64,000 nucleotides of DNA from a virus. Its lineage: Duplodnaviria; Heunggongvirae; Uroviricota; Caudoviricetes. Below, piece by piece: positions 10,217 to 20,055 of this stretch (position 1 is its first letter; the number at the start of each line of letters is the position of its first letter). Both the position numbers and the translations under genes were made by a program. The stretch lies in the IMG/VR virus record IMGVR_UViG_3300009008_000002, one strand, 5' to 3'. The notes below the pieces were generated by a model that was given only the letters and a program-made list of their open reading frames with translations, ran no database searches and was not told the origin of the DNA.

Positions 10217-10417
10217 TCATGCTTCGATTCCGTGTTCATCGGGAAGGTAGACTCGCCGGCCGCCTATCCACTCGGTGACACCCGTAGCGTCGATAATATC
10301 CTGAAACTCTACTCCCTCTTGCTCTGCCAAAGTGTAGAGGGTCGTCCAGGCATCCATCGAGATACCATGATCGTCATCCAACAGGTCAAGCGCCAAGTCT
10401 CGTAGTGTTTGTGTCAT
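10217..10417 (-). CDS. Hypothetical protein
   Basis: Start after a motif copy. Confidence 0.65.
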   Translation of the reverse strand: MTQTLRDLALDLLDDDHGISMDAWTTLYTLAEQEGVEFQDIIDATGVTEWIGGRRVYLPDEHGIEA

Positions 10418-10435
10418 GTTCGGATTGCTCCAATT

Positions 10436-10687
10436 TTAACTTTGGACCCAAGGGGGGACAGCGTTGCCCAACCCATCATCGGGGAATAGTTCTGCCCACT
10501 CAGCAGAGATAGCCGCCTTGACTTCCTCTTGGTGGTCAAGGTCTAGCGTATCACAACGGTCGCAAACACGTAGGTCATGGTTATGGAAGTCTAGGAAGTG
10601 ACCACCGCAAACCTTACAGTGTGCGCCATCGCAACTATCATCGAAACACGATTCGATTTCGCCAAGATGGGGGACTTTAATCTTCAT
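10436..10687 (-). CDS. Hypothetical zinc-ribbon protein
   Basis: Motif-bounded; CKVC..CDRC. Confidence 0.7.
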   Translation of the reverse strand: MKIKVPHLGEIESCFDDSCDGAHCKVCGGHFLDFHNHDLRVCDRCDTLDLDHQEEVKAAISAEWAELFPDDGLGNAVPPWVQS

Positions 10688-10812
10688 GGTCGGTTGACTC
10701 CAATTTTAAGACTTGCCGACACCCGCCGCATTTAGTTTCGTTCTTATCTCCGATGTAGGTGATAAAACCACAATCAGGACAAGACACGCAATTCACATAT
10801 ATTCTGCGGGGT

Positions 10813-11064
10813 TTAGTTGGTTTGACCATTTCGTTTAACTGTTCCTGCCCCAATGTTGATTCTTCGCAGGGGGGCAACTAGCCTATCGGGATGAACGTCG
10901 TTCTCCTCGATTCGGAGACAATTACAATCCTCGAAAGCATCGGCCCAGTCTTGCGCCTGTTCGTGGGTGGGGTGAGGTTCAGAGTAGAGATAAAATCGGC
11001 CATTTGGAAACCGACTGCCATCCTTTTTCTGTAGACAGGCGACGTGACCTTTGACATATCTCAT
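10813..11064 (-). CDS. Hypothetical protein
   Basis: ORF in the gene chain. Confidence 0.6.
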   Translation of the reverse strand: MRYVKGHVACLQKKDGSRFPNGRFYLYSEPHPTHEQAQDWADAFEDCNCLRIEENDVHPDRLVAPLRRINIGAGTVKRNGQTN

Positions 11065-11406
11065 TGGTTGTACTCACTGGAAATAAAGACGTGGAATTCG
11101 TATCCTTTGAGCCAGCATTGTGCTTGCTCTAGGGTATCAAACTCCAATTTTATATCCCCACGTTCGAGAATAAATTTCTCTTCGGAGCGGTCGTGCTTGT
11201 AATTATGAGTCAACCGAAACCCAAAAGTTGCGGCAGTTTCGTCATGGACACCCGTTGAGTGAGAATGATTCTGACTCACAGCAGGACGGCAGCAATCGTA
11301 TCGTGACGTGCAATTCATGGGAGTTCCTTGGATGGGAGGGGGAAGCGTTAGTTCGCTGTTTATTCGCCCTTGGGTGAACCTTCGGACGACCCCCAATTTT
11401 AATTGT

Positions 11407-11685
11407 GGGCAGAGCGCGGCAAGGAGTCGAACCTGCGTTAAGTGATTAGGTAATCTGAAGTTTCCATTAAGCCTCGGCCAAGGCTAGATTTCAGGGCAGC
11501 CACGCCCCCTACAGCCCATCACTCGGACACCACACATCCCCCTACCGGATTGGCCCGTGTACTTTGTGCCTTTCCGTTGTTCCCCAACCCGTTTAGTAGC
11601 GAAGTTGGGAAGGGTTACGCGCCCATATTGTTTGGAGCCGAACGTCGGGCTATTAGCCCATAGGTCTACCGGCAACCCGCTCGGC
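11407..11685 (-). ncRNA. Candidate ~275-nt structured RNA with a tRNA-like 3' end
   Basis: Ends GCAGG-TTCGACT-CCTTGC-CGCGCTC; 5' GCCGAGCG can pair with 3' CGCTCTGC; several internal hairpins. Confidence 0.5.
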
Positions 11686-11787
11686 ATGTATTTAAGACTC
11701 ACCTGCCACGGGCCTGTTGTAGTAGCGAACTACTCACCGCAACCAGTCTGTTGTCTTATTTGTTTCGTTGTCTTTCAAACCCCAATT

Positions 11788-12054
11788 TTAACTCAGGAAT
11801 CGTTCCTCATGGGGGGCAGCATAAAAGTCGTTGCTTGCGTGAGTGGCGTTCCACCTTGCGGTTTCAATTAAATCGTCACCACACGGCACAGATTCCAACC
11901 GTTGTTCCAGCCTGATACACTCGGCACGCAAGTTTGCCGCTCTTATATCATCGGGAAACCCGGTGAATTCTCGTTCTAGGGCAAAATGGAGCGCCTCGTA
12001 ATACTTGGCTAGTCCAAGTTTTGTAGTCGGTCGTCTTGTTTGTGTCTCAGTCAT
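11788..12054 (-). CDS. Hypothetical protein
   Basis: Motif-bounded ORF. Confidence 0.7.
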   Translation of the reverse strand: MTETQTRRPTTKLGLAKYYEALHFALEREFTGFPDDIRAANLRAECIRLEQRLESVPCGDDLIETARWNATHASNDFYAAPHEERFLS

Positions 12055-12356
12055 GCCGCCTCTTCTCCAATTTTAATTCGGGCATCGTGAACCACGAATT
12101 CATCAACGGAGGGGTGTTCAACTCGTTCGTATCCCGGCTTGGTTGGGATGGTGCGGCACAACTGCCCACTGGCATCAACCGTAACGTCTTCGGGCAATTG
12201 AACAACTCTTGCCTTGAGTCGTTTTGCTTGTCGCGTTGCCCATCCCACTTGTTGGTAGAGTTTAACGCAACCGTTACCCGTGCCAAACATGGCGAACGTG
12301 CGCCATCTTTTATCTTGGCAGAATCGGTAGCCATCTTCGTTGATAATGTAAATCAT
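12051..12356 (-). CDS. Hypothetical protein
   Basis: Motif-bounded ORF. Confidence 0.7.
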   Translation of the reverse strand: MIYIINEDGYRFCQDKRWRTFAMFGTGNGCVKLYQQVGWATRQAKRLKARVVQLPEDVTVDASGQLCRTIPTKPGYERVEHPSVDEFVVHDARIKIGEEAA

Positions 12357-12448
12357 GGTTGTGCTACCCCAATTTTATTAAAACTGCTTGCAAATCAATT
12401 GCTCGGTAGATGCGAATGGTTGCTTTTTCAGTTTCCACGGTCAATCTC

Positions 12449-13009
12449 TTAGTCGGAGGAATTAACAACAAAGGAATGTCCACACTTCTCGCAGATGTTG
12501 GCATGGTCACAATGGAACAGGTGAATATCACGTTCCGCTATTTCCTCAGCAGTCATCCCCCGGTATTCGTGGACACAACCCAACTGGTAGAATTTAATTG
12601 TCATGTGGTTGGTGGAAGGTCCAACCGGCTTGTCTTCGTGGTTCGGCTTGCCGTCCAGGGTCATGCGTTCATATTTCCAACACCGATGGATACCTACTGC
12701 CGTGCCATCGTTGTAAATATGAACCAGGACGTGAGCGTAACCGAATCCACCGATAGGGGTGCCATCGGGGTTAAGGTAAGGGAGCATCACGTTAGCTTGG
12801 AAGGTAGGAGTATCGTTCAGGTTGCAGTATCCCAAACCCTCTTCGGTCAACTCGGTGACGGGAATTAAATCTTCCTGCGCCACACCCTCACAATTGACAA
12901 CAGAGTGGATTTTGGCGAGTTTTTGAAGCATCGCAACCGCTTCATCGGACACGATACCGTAGTCAGCAGTTTGCGTGTATTCCAGGTCGCCAACAAGTTC
13001 GATTTCCAT
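12449..13009 (-). CDS. Hypothetical protein
   Basis: 186 aa; C-terminal CxH..CEKCGH. Confidence 0.75.
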   Translation of the reverse strand: MEIELVGDLEYTQTADYGIVSDEAVAMLQKLAKIHSVVNCEGVAQEDLIPVTELTEEGLGYCNLNDTPTFQANVMLPYLNPDGTPIGGFGYAHVLVHIYNDGTAVGIHRCWKYERMTLDGKPNHEDKPVGPSTNHMTIKFYQLGCVHEYRGMTAEEIAERDIHLFHCDHANICEKCGHSFVVNSSD

Positions 13010-13092
13010 GATTGCCTCGATTGTAGGGAGTGTCCAGTCTTGGGAGTTTTAACTTCCAAGTAATACTCCACTGACCCAATTTTAATTGAAGG

Positions 13093-13284
13093 TTAGGCAG
13101 CAGCTTTGGTGTTCTCAGCAGCCTCTTGCTCTTTTGCCAGCTTCCAGAGCGCTCGAAGGATTCGTTGCCGGTGCATAGTTCTCGTTTCTTCGGCAAGCAT
13201 TTCTTCTAATTTAGCTTTCTGTTGCGCTGGGGTTCCCTCAATTTTGAGTGGTTCACTATCCATTCCGCAGTATGGGCATAACAT
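13093..13284 (-). CDS. Hypothetical protein
   Basis: AAGGAG SD-like site upstream. Confidence 0.6.
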   Translation of the reverse strand: MLCPYCGMDSEPLKIEGTPAQQKAKLEEMLAEETRTMHRQRILRALWKLAKEQEAAENTKAAA

Positions 13285-13832
13285 GGTTGGCTTCTCCTTT
13301 TAGCCAACTCTATTTAGAGGTAATAACCTCCATGCTACGCCACATTCGCCCCAATTTTAACTTTTTGTTGTTCGTCGGGGCCATTTGCGGGTTGGACATA
13401 CCCGTGGAGCATGAGCCAGTAGTCATACCCCTTCTCTTGGAGGAAGCGAATTAAATTCTGTTTCACTTCATCGGGCATCCACTCTCGGTTATCCAGAACG
13501 GATTGGAGAGAGAAGTAGCCTTGATAACCGTTGCCACGGTCCACACCACAGACTACTTGAAACTTGTGTTGGGGTGAATAGACTGCATCCCCGTGGCATC
13601 CCATGCCACCAGGGATAACTTGAAAGCGATCACGGGACGATTTAGTGTTGTTGAGAATCATAGTCATTCCATTCGAGAAATACCCAACAGGGCATTTTCG
13701 CTGATCGTTTGCGGTTGTCGTCCGTAACACGCAAGACCCAGATTGAGTCTTTCGTCCGGTAATACCACTGACTGTCACCTTCCACTTGAGCCGGTTCGTG
13801 TAGTGGCAAACCTCTTAGTCGTTCAGTTGCCA

Positions 13833-14114
13833 TTACTCCTCCAATTTTAATTCATCGGAAGGTTGTTTGTTTGAGCGCACCCAAGCAGAACCATCGCCCA
13901 TCCATGTTTGACCCCCGCTATCGGGTTTAACTAGCGCGTCTTGCTTGCCAGAGAAGGGGTTTACCCCAACTTTAGCAACTGTTGCAGTCGATGGAAGGTC
14001 GGGGTTATTGTCGGGCGAAAGACGGTCGCCAGCTTGGACAGGTCGCCCCTTTTTATCCATCACCACTTTTGACAGGTAGGTTAGGGCATTAACGGTAGCG
14101 GTTGCGTCGTCCAT
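13833..14114 (-). CDS. Hypothetical protein
   Basis: ORF in the gene chain. Confidence 0.65.
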   Translation of the reverse strand: MDDATATVNALTYLSKVVMDKKGRPVQAGDRLSPDNNPDLPSTATVAKVGVNPFSGKQDALVKPDSGGQTWMGDGSAWVRSNKQPSDELKLEE

Positions 14115-14118
14115 TTAA

Positions 14119-14427
14119 TTATCCAAAATCAGGGGCGGTTTGGGTAGTCTTGCGATTCTCGGTGAATTGCACTTTGCCACAGTCCAGACACACCCGCTTC
14201 CAACGGGGTTTTTGGTCAGTCCCGCTTCGTTCATAGACGGGTTCGGGATCAGAACCTTGACCACGATAACCACGAAATTCCATGCGCGGGGTTTCAATAG
14301 GGTCATAGGTCGTATCGGACCATCGAGTATGCCGACATCGCCGTTCCTCTTGACCAACTTGCTCTTGCAGTCTTTTTAATTCATCCTGCAATTGCTCAAT
14401 TCGTTGTCGCTTCTCGATTGTGTTCAT
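14119..14427 (-). CDS. Hypothetical zinc-ribbon protein
   Basis: Start after a motif copy; CRH..CLDC. Confidence 0.7.
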   Translation of the reverse strand: MNTIEKRQRIEQLQDELKRLQEQVGQEERRCRHTRWSDTTYDPIETPRMEFRGYRGQGSDPEPVYERSGTDQKPRWKRVCLDCGKVQFTENRKTTQTAPDFG

Positions 14428-14449
14428 GGGGTCAACACTCCAATTTTAA

Positions 14450-14701
14450 CTACGCCAGCGCTCCGTCACCCCCAAGCGCCTCGTATAATTGTTGGTCGTT
14501 GTCTTGTTGTGTCTCGAATGAGCTATCTTCACGCAGGGCATGACGGAAGGCAATCATTAAATCCTCTGAGACTGCCGAACCAGCCGCAAACCTTGCCTCT
14601 AGTGCGTGCGCAATTGCCAGCGCCTCACCTTGCGTCAGCTTATCTAATTCAAGTCGGCAAGCGCCGGTTGTGCCGTCCAATCGGGTGAATTTAGCTTTCA
14701 T
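14450..14701 (-). CDS. Hypothetical protein
   Basis: ORF in the gene chain. Confidence 0.65.
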   Translation of the reverse strand: MKAKFTRLDGTTGACRLELDKLTQGEALAIAHALEARFAAGSAVSEDLMIAFRHALREDSSFETQQDNDQQLYEALGGDGALA

Positions 14702-14925
14702 GCCACATCCTTTGGTTTGACTACCGCATAAGGCTTGAGTGCTTCCGCAGTCAAGCCTAGCGGATAGATGGGTTCGTATTCGGGAAAGTAATACTCACCT
14801 TGATCTTGATTCTTTCCACTTGTGTTAGGGAGCCAGCATTGTTCGCCGGTTTGTGGGTGGTGGCAACCAACACAGAGGTCGGTAATCGGGTCAAAGTAGA
14901 GAAAAATGCGTCCGGTGAATTCCAT
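14698..14925 (-). CDS. Hypothetical protein
   Basis: Start after a motif copy. Confidence 0.65.
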   Translation of the reverse strand: MEFTGRIFLYFDPITDLCVGCHHPQTGEQCWLPNTSGKNQDQGEYYFPEYEPIYPLGLTAEALKPYAVVKPKDVA

Positions 14926-14926
14926 G

Positions 14927-15511
14927 TCACCCTTGCTCCAATTTTAATGATTCTGCCGGGCAACCGCCCGCCTTTCGCATCGCCAAACTCTCAGCCTGTT
15001 GTCTTTCCCACTTATCCAACTTGGCTTGAATTCTCTTGCCCAAACTCTCAATGTCACCACCACGGGCAAAATAAATACATATCCCCATAATGGCAAGGTC
15101 TACCGATTCACCTTGACTGCCATCCTTACCCCCCGCTTTGTGGGTGTTGCCGAACACTTGCTCTTCGACATTTAATTCGCGGGCAAGTTCGCCTAGTTCC
15201 TCCCCAGCGGCATAGAACAACTGCGCCACGGTCTTGTTTTGTAGGTCAATCTCTGTTAATTCCCGAATCCGAAAAACCTGTTGGATTATCGCCAGTAGGC
15301 GATTGTCCAGTCCTGGTTGTGGTTCAATTTTGCCGGGGATGGGATTCCGCTTATCAAAATCCCTTAGCCTATCGGGAATGTCACCTACTTGGTCAGCCTC
15401 GACATTTAATTCTGCGCCGTCTGCCGTGCGTCGGTAGGTTGCCGTTAGGAGATTCGAGCCAACGTATTCCCAACCATCAATAGCGGCACTAGCGAGTAGT
15501 CGTTCTAGCAC
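14927..15511 (-). CDS. MazG-like NTP pyrophosphatase domain protein
   Basis: EELGELA...GESVD acidic motifs of all-alpha NTP-PPases; GTG start after a motif copy. Confidence 0.65.
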   Translation of the reverse strand: MLERLLASAAIDGWEYVGSNLLTATYRRTADGAELNVEADQVGDIPDRLRDFDKRNPIPGKIEPQPGLDNRLLAIIQQVFRIRELTEIDLQNKTVAQLFYAAGEELGELARELNVEEQVFGNTHKAGGKDGSQGESVDLAIMGICIYFARGGDIESLGKRIQAKLDKWERQQAESLAMRKAGGCPAESLKLEQG

Positions 15512-15524
15512 GATTGCTCCAATT

Positions 15525-15929
15525 TTATTTGAGGTAGGCAGGACCATACGGGCCGATACTGCCCATACCTTCGTTGTCGTCAAAAATGTTGCCTCTTGCG
15601 TGCTTGGCAGGGGCACGCCAGCTTGCGGGTTTCAGAACGTCGCCGTTCTTATCGACAAATGCCCACACGCTACGGTGTTCGCCGTTCTCAGACTCGACAA
15701 TTTTGAAATATCGTCGTCCCGGTTGAATCACCAGCACCTTGCGGTCCAGGGTCGGGAAGTTCTTTTCCCGGTGAGCATCAAGCACAGCTTGGCAACGGGC
15801 AACGAAAGCCTCAACGTCTTGTAGGGTTGCTTCGGTCGCTTCGGTCATGGTTTCTCCGTAGCCTTGCCCATCATAGTGACGGACAGTATGAGGATTGTGA
15901 AATGCCCAAGGGCCATCTATTCGTGTCAT
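15525..15929 (-). CDS. Conserved phage protein
   Basis: RYFKIV...SVWAFVD..GDVLKPASWRAPAKHARGNI, a family signature I recall as widespread in phages. Confidence 0.8.
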   Translation of the reverse strand: MTRIDGPWAFHNPHTVRHYDGQGYGETMTEATEATLQDVEAFVARCQAVLDAHREKNFPTLDRKVLVIQPGRRYFKIVESENGEHRSVWAFVDKNGDVLKPASWRAPAKHARGNIFDDNEGMGSIGPYGPAYLK

Positions 15930-16139
15930 GGTATTTTAACCCCAATTTTATATCGGGGTGTCTCCAACGATGATGTATTTAAGTTTCATGGGAGTCATGG
16001 CCCCAATTTTAATTTCGTCTTGGGACAATGAGTATGCCCATAGTGCCACGTTTTGCACGATTCACACCAACGGGCGGGTTTGGTGACAGGGCAGCTTACC
16101 CCGTAGTGAAAGGTTCCGCAACTTTTGCAATACCAGCCT

Positions 16140-16454
16140 TTATGCAGCATCTTCTGCCTCATCTAGCTCATCTAGCTCATCTAGCTCGGCTAGTTCATCA
16201 TCAGTCAAAAGAGACTCTTGCTCTTGCGGTTCCTCTGCCTCTGGTTCTGCCTCTGGTTCTTCATTCTCTTCGGCAAAAGGGTCTTCATCGGTGGCGAGCC
16301 GTTGCTCTTCGGTGGCAATGCGCTGAAGGTGAACATAAAACTGAGCATACCTACCAGGGTCATCACAAACCCATTGTAGGACAATATCCGCTAGGGTGCT
16401 GTCAGTCCAACCCTGTTTTTCCGCCAAGTCTCGGATATGCTGATCAGTAACCAT
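16140..16454 (-). CDS. Hypothetical protein with acidic repetitive C-terminus
   Basis: ELDELDELDE and EPEAEPEAE repeats. Confidence 0.7.
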   Translation of the reverse strand: MVTDQHIRDLAEKQGWTDSTLADIVLQWVCDDPGRYAQFYVHLQRIATEEQRLATDEDPFAEENEEPEAEPEAEEPQEQESLLTDDELAELDELDELDEAEDAA

Positions 16455-16872
16455 TTACTTCACCTGTTATTTCGCACATTCGGGAGATTTCAAAATCCGT
16501 TGCGTTAGTCAAAACTGTTTCCTTCCAGTCCATACGCAAGGTTAGGCACGCCGCTTTCAATTGTGCCATTTCCATACGCACCCCAATTTTAACTCGTTCG
16601 GCCAAATCACGGGAGGTTTCGTCAACAGCAAAACCATTGGGGTCGTCGTAGAGCGCAGCTACTTGCGCATCCAACAGGCAACGGAGCAAACTCAACACGG
16701 GTTCGCTCATTGGCACAATGCAGTCCACGGGTTCAACAATGGGTGAATCCGCTTCTTCAAGCGCCGCCTTTGCCGCATCTTTTGCATATTCTGCGAAAGC
16801 AGTCCCCATAGTATCTGCCGCCCCAATTAAATCATTGAGTGCGTTAGCTAGGACTTCTTTTCCTCTATCCAT
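16444..16872 (-). CDS. Hypothetical protein
   Basis: ORF in the gene chain; internal motif copy (VKIG). Confidence 0.7.
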   Translation of the reverse strand: MDRGKEVLANALNDLIGAADTMGTAFAEYAKDAAKAALEEADSPIVEPVDCIVPMSEPVLSLLRCLLDAQVAALYDDPNGFAVDETSRDLAERVKIGVRMEMAQLKAACLTLRMDWKETVLTNATDFEISRMCEITGEVNGY

Positions 16873-17054
16873 TTTCCCGCCTCTAAATGAGGTTCAAGTG
16901 CTTGTAGGTCTTCCAGGTGAATCGCAACCACGGCAGCTAGTTTCTCGGAAGTGATATTATCATCTTCCCAGTTTGACCAATGCCCCTCTAATGACGAACG
17001 GAGCGCCGTTAGTTGCATCACGGGAGTCGGTTGTTTGAATTTATCTGGTTTCAA
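16848..17054 (-). CDS. Hypothetical protein
   Basis: ORF in the gene chain. Confidence 0.55.
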   Translation of the reverse strand: MKPDKFKQPTPVMQLTALRSSLEGHWSNWEDDNITSEKLAAVVAIHLEDLQALEPHLEAGKWIEEKKS

Positions 17055-17268
17055 AATCCCAGCCTACTTCCTCATACAATGCGTCCCGTTCAGTTTCGCA
17101 GAAGGGGCACAACCCTTCATTATTTAACATTCCGGGGGTGAAGTCGTCACATGCCCTACAATGAACACTTCGGTAGGACATTTCCAAAAACCATCTTGAG
17201 AATCGGGGTCCAATTTTAACTAAAATAAAAATCCCGATTGCGATTGCGACAATATATGGGAACATCAC
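17041..17268 (-). CDS. Membrane-anchored small protein
   Basis: N-terminal hydrophobic helix; CxxC pairs. Confidence 0.65.
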   Translation of the reverse strand: MMFPYIVAIAIGIFILVKIGPRFSRWFLEMSYRSVHCRACDDFTPGMLNNEGLCPFCETERDALYEEVGWDFETR

Positions 17269-17618
17269 ACCACCATAGCGCGGGGGTATTTAGTTTCGGT
17301 TTCTGCGAGTCGGGTATCGCCGTCCAAGTCTCGGTGCGCCTCTCTTGTCCACTCTGCCATCACTTCACCATCACGTTGACGGATGATTGTAGCAGACAGT
17401 ATAGGGCAGTAACCGAATCCTTCATAGACTTGGGCATTGACACCACCAGGGAGACAGGACATTTCCAGTCCAACCACCCATTCGTGGAGGTTTGGCAAGG
17501 TCGGCTTACCGTATCCCTTTGCCCCATATTGGCCTCGAACATGCCATGCTTGGGGGGTCTGTTGAGCGCCGTGGACTCTCAACTCTACTCGGTATGTGGG
17601 GGTAGTGCTTCGTCCCAT
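17265..17618 (-). CDS. Hypothetical protein
   Basis: MGRSTTPTYRVE...; ORF in the gene chain. Confidence 0.7.
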   Translation of the reverse strand: MGRSTTPTYRVELRVHGAQQTPQAWHVRGQYGAKGYGKPTLPNLHEWVVGLEMSCLPGGVNAQVYEGFGYCPILSATIIRQRDGEVMAEWTREAHRDLDGDTRLAETETKYPRAMVV

Positions 17619-17619
17619 T

Positions 17620-17877
17620 TTAATTCATCCTTGGTGGGTGCATGATGAAGGTGTTGGTGTCACCAATCGCTGCGCAATCTCGACATTGAATTACTTGACC
17701 CCACCGATCAACCGTGCCCGTATGACACACTCTACACTCACACACGTTTGGCACAAAAGCGCCATCCAGTTCGTTTTGTAAAACGAACCTCTTGGGATCA
17801 TCCAGGCCCAGCCGGTCAATCTGTTTCGCCAGCCTTGCAGCGTCTTGCTGCGATACGTGCCGGGGTTCACCACTCAT
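17620..17877 (-). CDS. Hypothetical protein
   Basis: ORF in the gene chain. Confidence 0.6.
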   Translation of the reverse strand: MSGEPRHVSQQDAARLAKQIDRLGLDDPKRFVLQNELDGAFVPNVCECRVCHTGTVDRWGQVIQCRDCAAIGDTNTFIMHPPRMN

Positions 17878-18077
17878 TATGCCGCTTTCCGTTGTTGGAC
17901 TTCAATTGCTTTGGGAATGATGGTCACAGTGATCAACTCTGTCCGTTCTGTCACACCATTTAATGCGACCGCTTCGACTACAAGACACTCGCCCCGTTTT
18001 CCTATGACAGCAACGGGAGTGCCTTTGTAAATCCAGTAGCGTCCGAATTTATAGTGGGCAGCTAGAACAGTGTGCAT
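17877..18077 (-). CDS. Hypothetical protein
   Basis: Start after a motif copy. Confidence 0.65.
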   Translation of the reverse strand: MHTVLAAHYKFGRYWIYKGTPVAVIGKRGECLVVEAVALNGVTERTELITVTIIPKAIEVQQRKAA

Positions 18078-18255
18078 GTTGGTTCACACTCCAATTTTAT
18101 TTAACCCAACAGATAGCCAACAACAAAGGCTATGAATACCGATGGGAAGGGGTTTTCAACATCAATGTTGCCTTGACCGGACCAATTTATTATGGCAGTC
18201 ACGAACACCATGAAAACCAAATATGACTGCCCCAACTGCTAATCGGTCTTTTGTT

Positions 18256-18555
18256 TTATCTTTCACGCCAACTCGCCTCAATAATACGTTCCAACTCTTG
18301 ACCCTTTGCAGGGTTAGATGGAACAAAGGTGTGTTCGTAGACAAGCCTTGAACCACACTCTAGGTCACGAATCGAGTTTGGCACAGACTCAATCTTGCCA
18401 GTGAACAGCTTACGCCGTCTGCCAATTTTAATTGACAGAGCGCAGCGACCAATAGGTAGGTCAACAGGGGGATAGCCAGGATGAACCTCAATTCCCGCAA
18501 TCGTCACACTGAGATTTTCGAGTGAGATTTTAATTACGGGGCGCTTGCGTGTCAT
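18256..18555 (-). CDS. Hypothetical protein
   Basis: ORF in the gene chain. Confidence 0.65.
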   Translation of the reverse strand: MTRKRPVIKISLENLSVTIAGIEVHPGYPPVDLPIGRCALSIKIGRRRKLFTGKIESVPNSIRDLECGSRLVYEHTFVPSNPAKGQELERIIEASWRER

Positions 18556-19007
18556 CTGTCTGGAATCCCTAGCTTGCGTTTAATACTTTGCCAATGTGGG
18601 GAGCGAAACTCATTAACATTTCGCCACTGTTTGACAAGATACGCCATTTCCTCATCAGTAAATTCTGGTTGTGCCGGTTCATCACCGTGATAGTGCGCCC
18701 CAATTTTAATTCCCCATTCGAGGTCTTCGGGCACGTCACAGGTAAATGTATCGGGTTTTACCAGTCCACCAGTGAATCCGATTTTGCGACCCCTGAATCC
18801 CATCACCATCGCTATGCCAGCTTCGTTCACGTCGGGAATGTCTTGTTGGTCCCGCCCGTAACCACAGAGAGGGCCATCGTCAACCGTGCGTGCATCTTCA
18901 TAATCTCTGCGTAGGTCTACATTGACCCATGACCCGCCATCGGATTTCACTTCGCTTGAGATACGAATTTCAGCACCGATGATTTTACAAAATTCGAGAA
19001 TGTTCAT
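18552..19007 (-). CDS. Hypothetical protein
   Basis: 151-aa ORF. Confidence 0.7.
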   Translation of the reverse strand: MNILEFCKIIGAEIRISSEVKSDGGSWVNVDLRRDYEDARTVDDGPLCGYGRDQQDIPDVNEAGIAMVMGFRGRKIGFTGGLVKPDTFTCDVPEDLEWGIKIGAHYHGDEPAQPEFTDEEMAYLVKQWRNVNEFRSPHWQSIKRKLGIPDR

Positions 19008-19121
19008 CTTTTAATCACCATACCCACCACAACCAGCGGTGGATTCGTGGGTTGGATTTGAGGGTCAAGCGCCTCGGTATTAAATACCGATACCAAATGC
19101 GTTTGTTGCTATGCAGTTTCA

Positions 19122-19610
19122 TCAGCAGCACCGGGGTTCGGCGTATGCGTGTCGCTTGCCAGTGTCAGTCTGAGTCAGCACGTTGCAAAGACGTTGGGAG
19201 TCTGGTTGGCGGTCGTGACTGAGGGATTGCGAACCCGTGCAAGTCACGTCAACAGGTGTCGTGAAGTAGACCGAAAGAATACGGTTTTGACCACTTCTCT
19301 CGCCATGCTGAGCGAAGTTGCCGTTGCCCGTTGTTGTGGCAGCACACCACAATTTTACTTCTTCGATGTTCCCGATGTAGGCGGGATTCTGGAAAATGAC
19401 TCGCTTGGACACGGGCAGCGTGATTTTAACTTGGCCCATGTCACTTTCAAGACTTCCCTCTTTTGGGCGGGTAATCTTACCATAGACAATGAGTTGACTA
19501 CCACCCATGCCACCGCCACCGTTAATGACGATGCGTTTCACTTTACCAAGACATTTAACTTGGAAATCGGAACAAGGGGACGCTTCGGGAGATAGGTGTA
19601 TTGTGTTCAT
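19122..19610 (-). CDS. Hypothetical protein
   Basis: Start MNTIHL after variant motif TAAAATTGTAG. Confidence 0.7.
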   Translation of the reverse strand: MNTIHLSPEASPCSDFQVKCLGKVKRIVINGGGGMGGSQLIVYGKITRPKEGSLESDMGQVKITLPVSKRVIFQNPAYIGNIEEVKLWCAATTTGNGNFAQHGERSGQNRILSVYFTTPVDVTCTGSQSLSHDRQPDSQRLCNVLTQTDTGKRHAYAEPRCC

Positions 19611-20006
19611 GGTTCTCTGAGCTACAATTTTAATTGAGGCGGGAAAAATGACCCTTGCTGAGTCATTCGCGTTGACCACCGGCCTTTTAACTCCGGTTGT
19701 TCAAGCAATCGTTCCTTCTACCCACAGGGGTAGTCTCTAAAAGGCGGGGAATCGAACCCCACACGCGCCATGCCAACGGCCCGCCGCAATTAAAAGTGTG
19801 CAAGTAGAGGGTTTTGGTGCCTGCTCGGATGCAAACCCTGCCGGGTGGCTCACGAAGCCTTACGTTTTCTACCATACTTGCAGAAAAAAGGAAGCTAGTG
19901 CGTTCAGGCTACTGACCGTTCACTCGACTTATTGGCGTTGCGCTTCTATGGTAACGGGCCGTCATCGACTGACCTAGCTTCCCCAATTTTAATCGCCACT
20001 CATCCA

Positions 20007-20038
20007 CCCCCCGGTAGGCGGGGCGACCTACCGGGGGG
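20007..20038. terminator. Perfect 12-bp GC hairpin downstream of 20056-20364
   Basis: ccccccggtagg-N8-cctaccgggggg; no adjacent U tract. Confidence 0.55.
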
Positions 20039-20055
20039 ACGGGACGGGGACTGTC

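Noticed and set aside
11407-11685. Canonical tmRNA (ssrA)
   Set aside because: No G3-U70 pair, no CCA, shorter than typical, and no recognisable tag peptide ending in Ala-Ala
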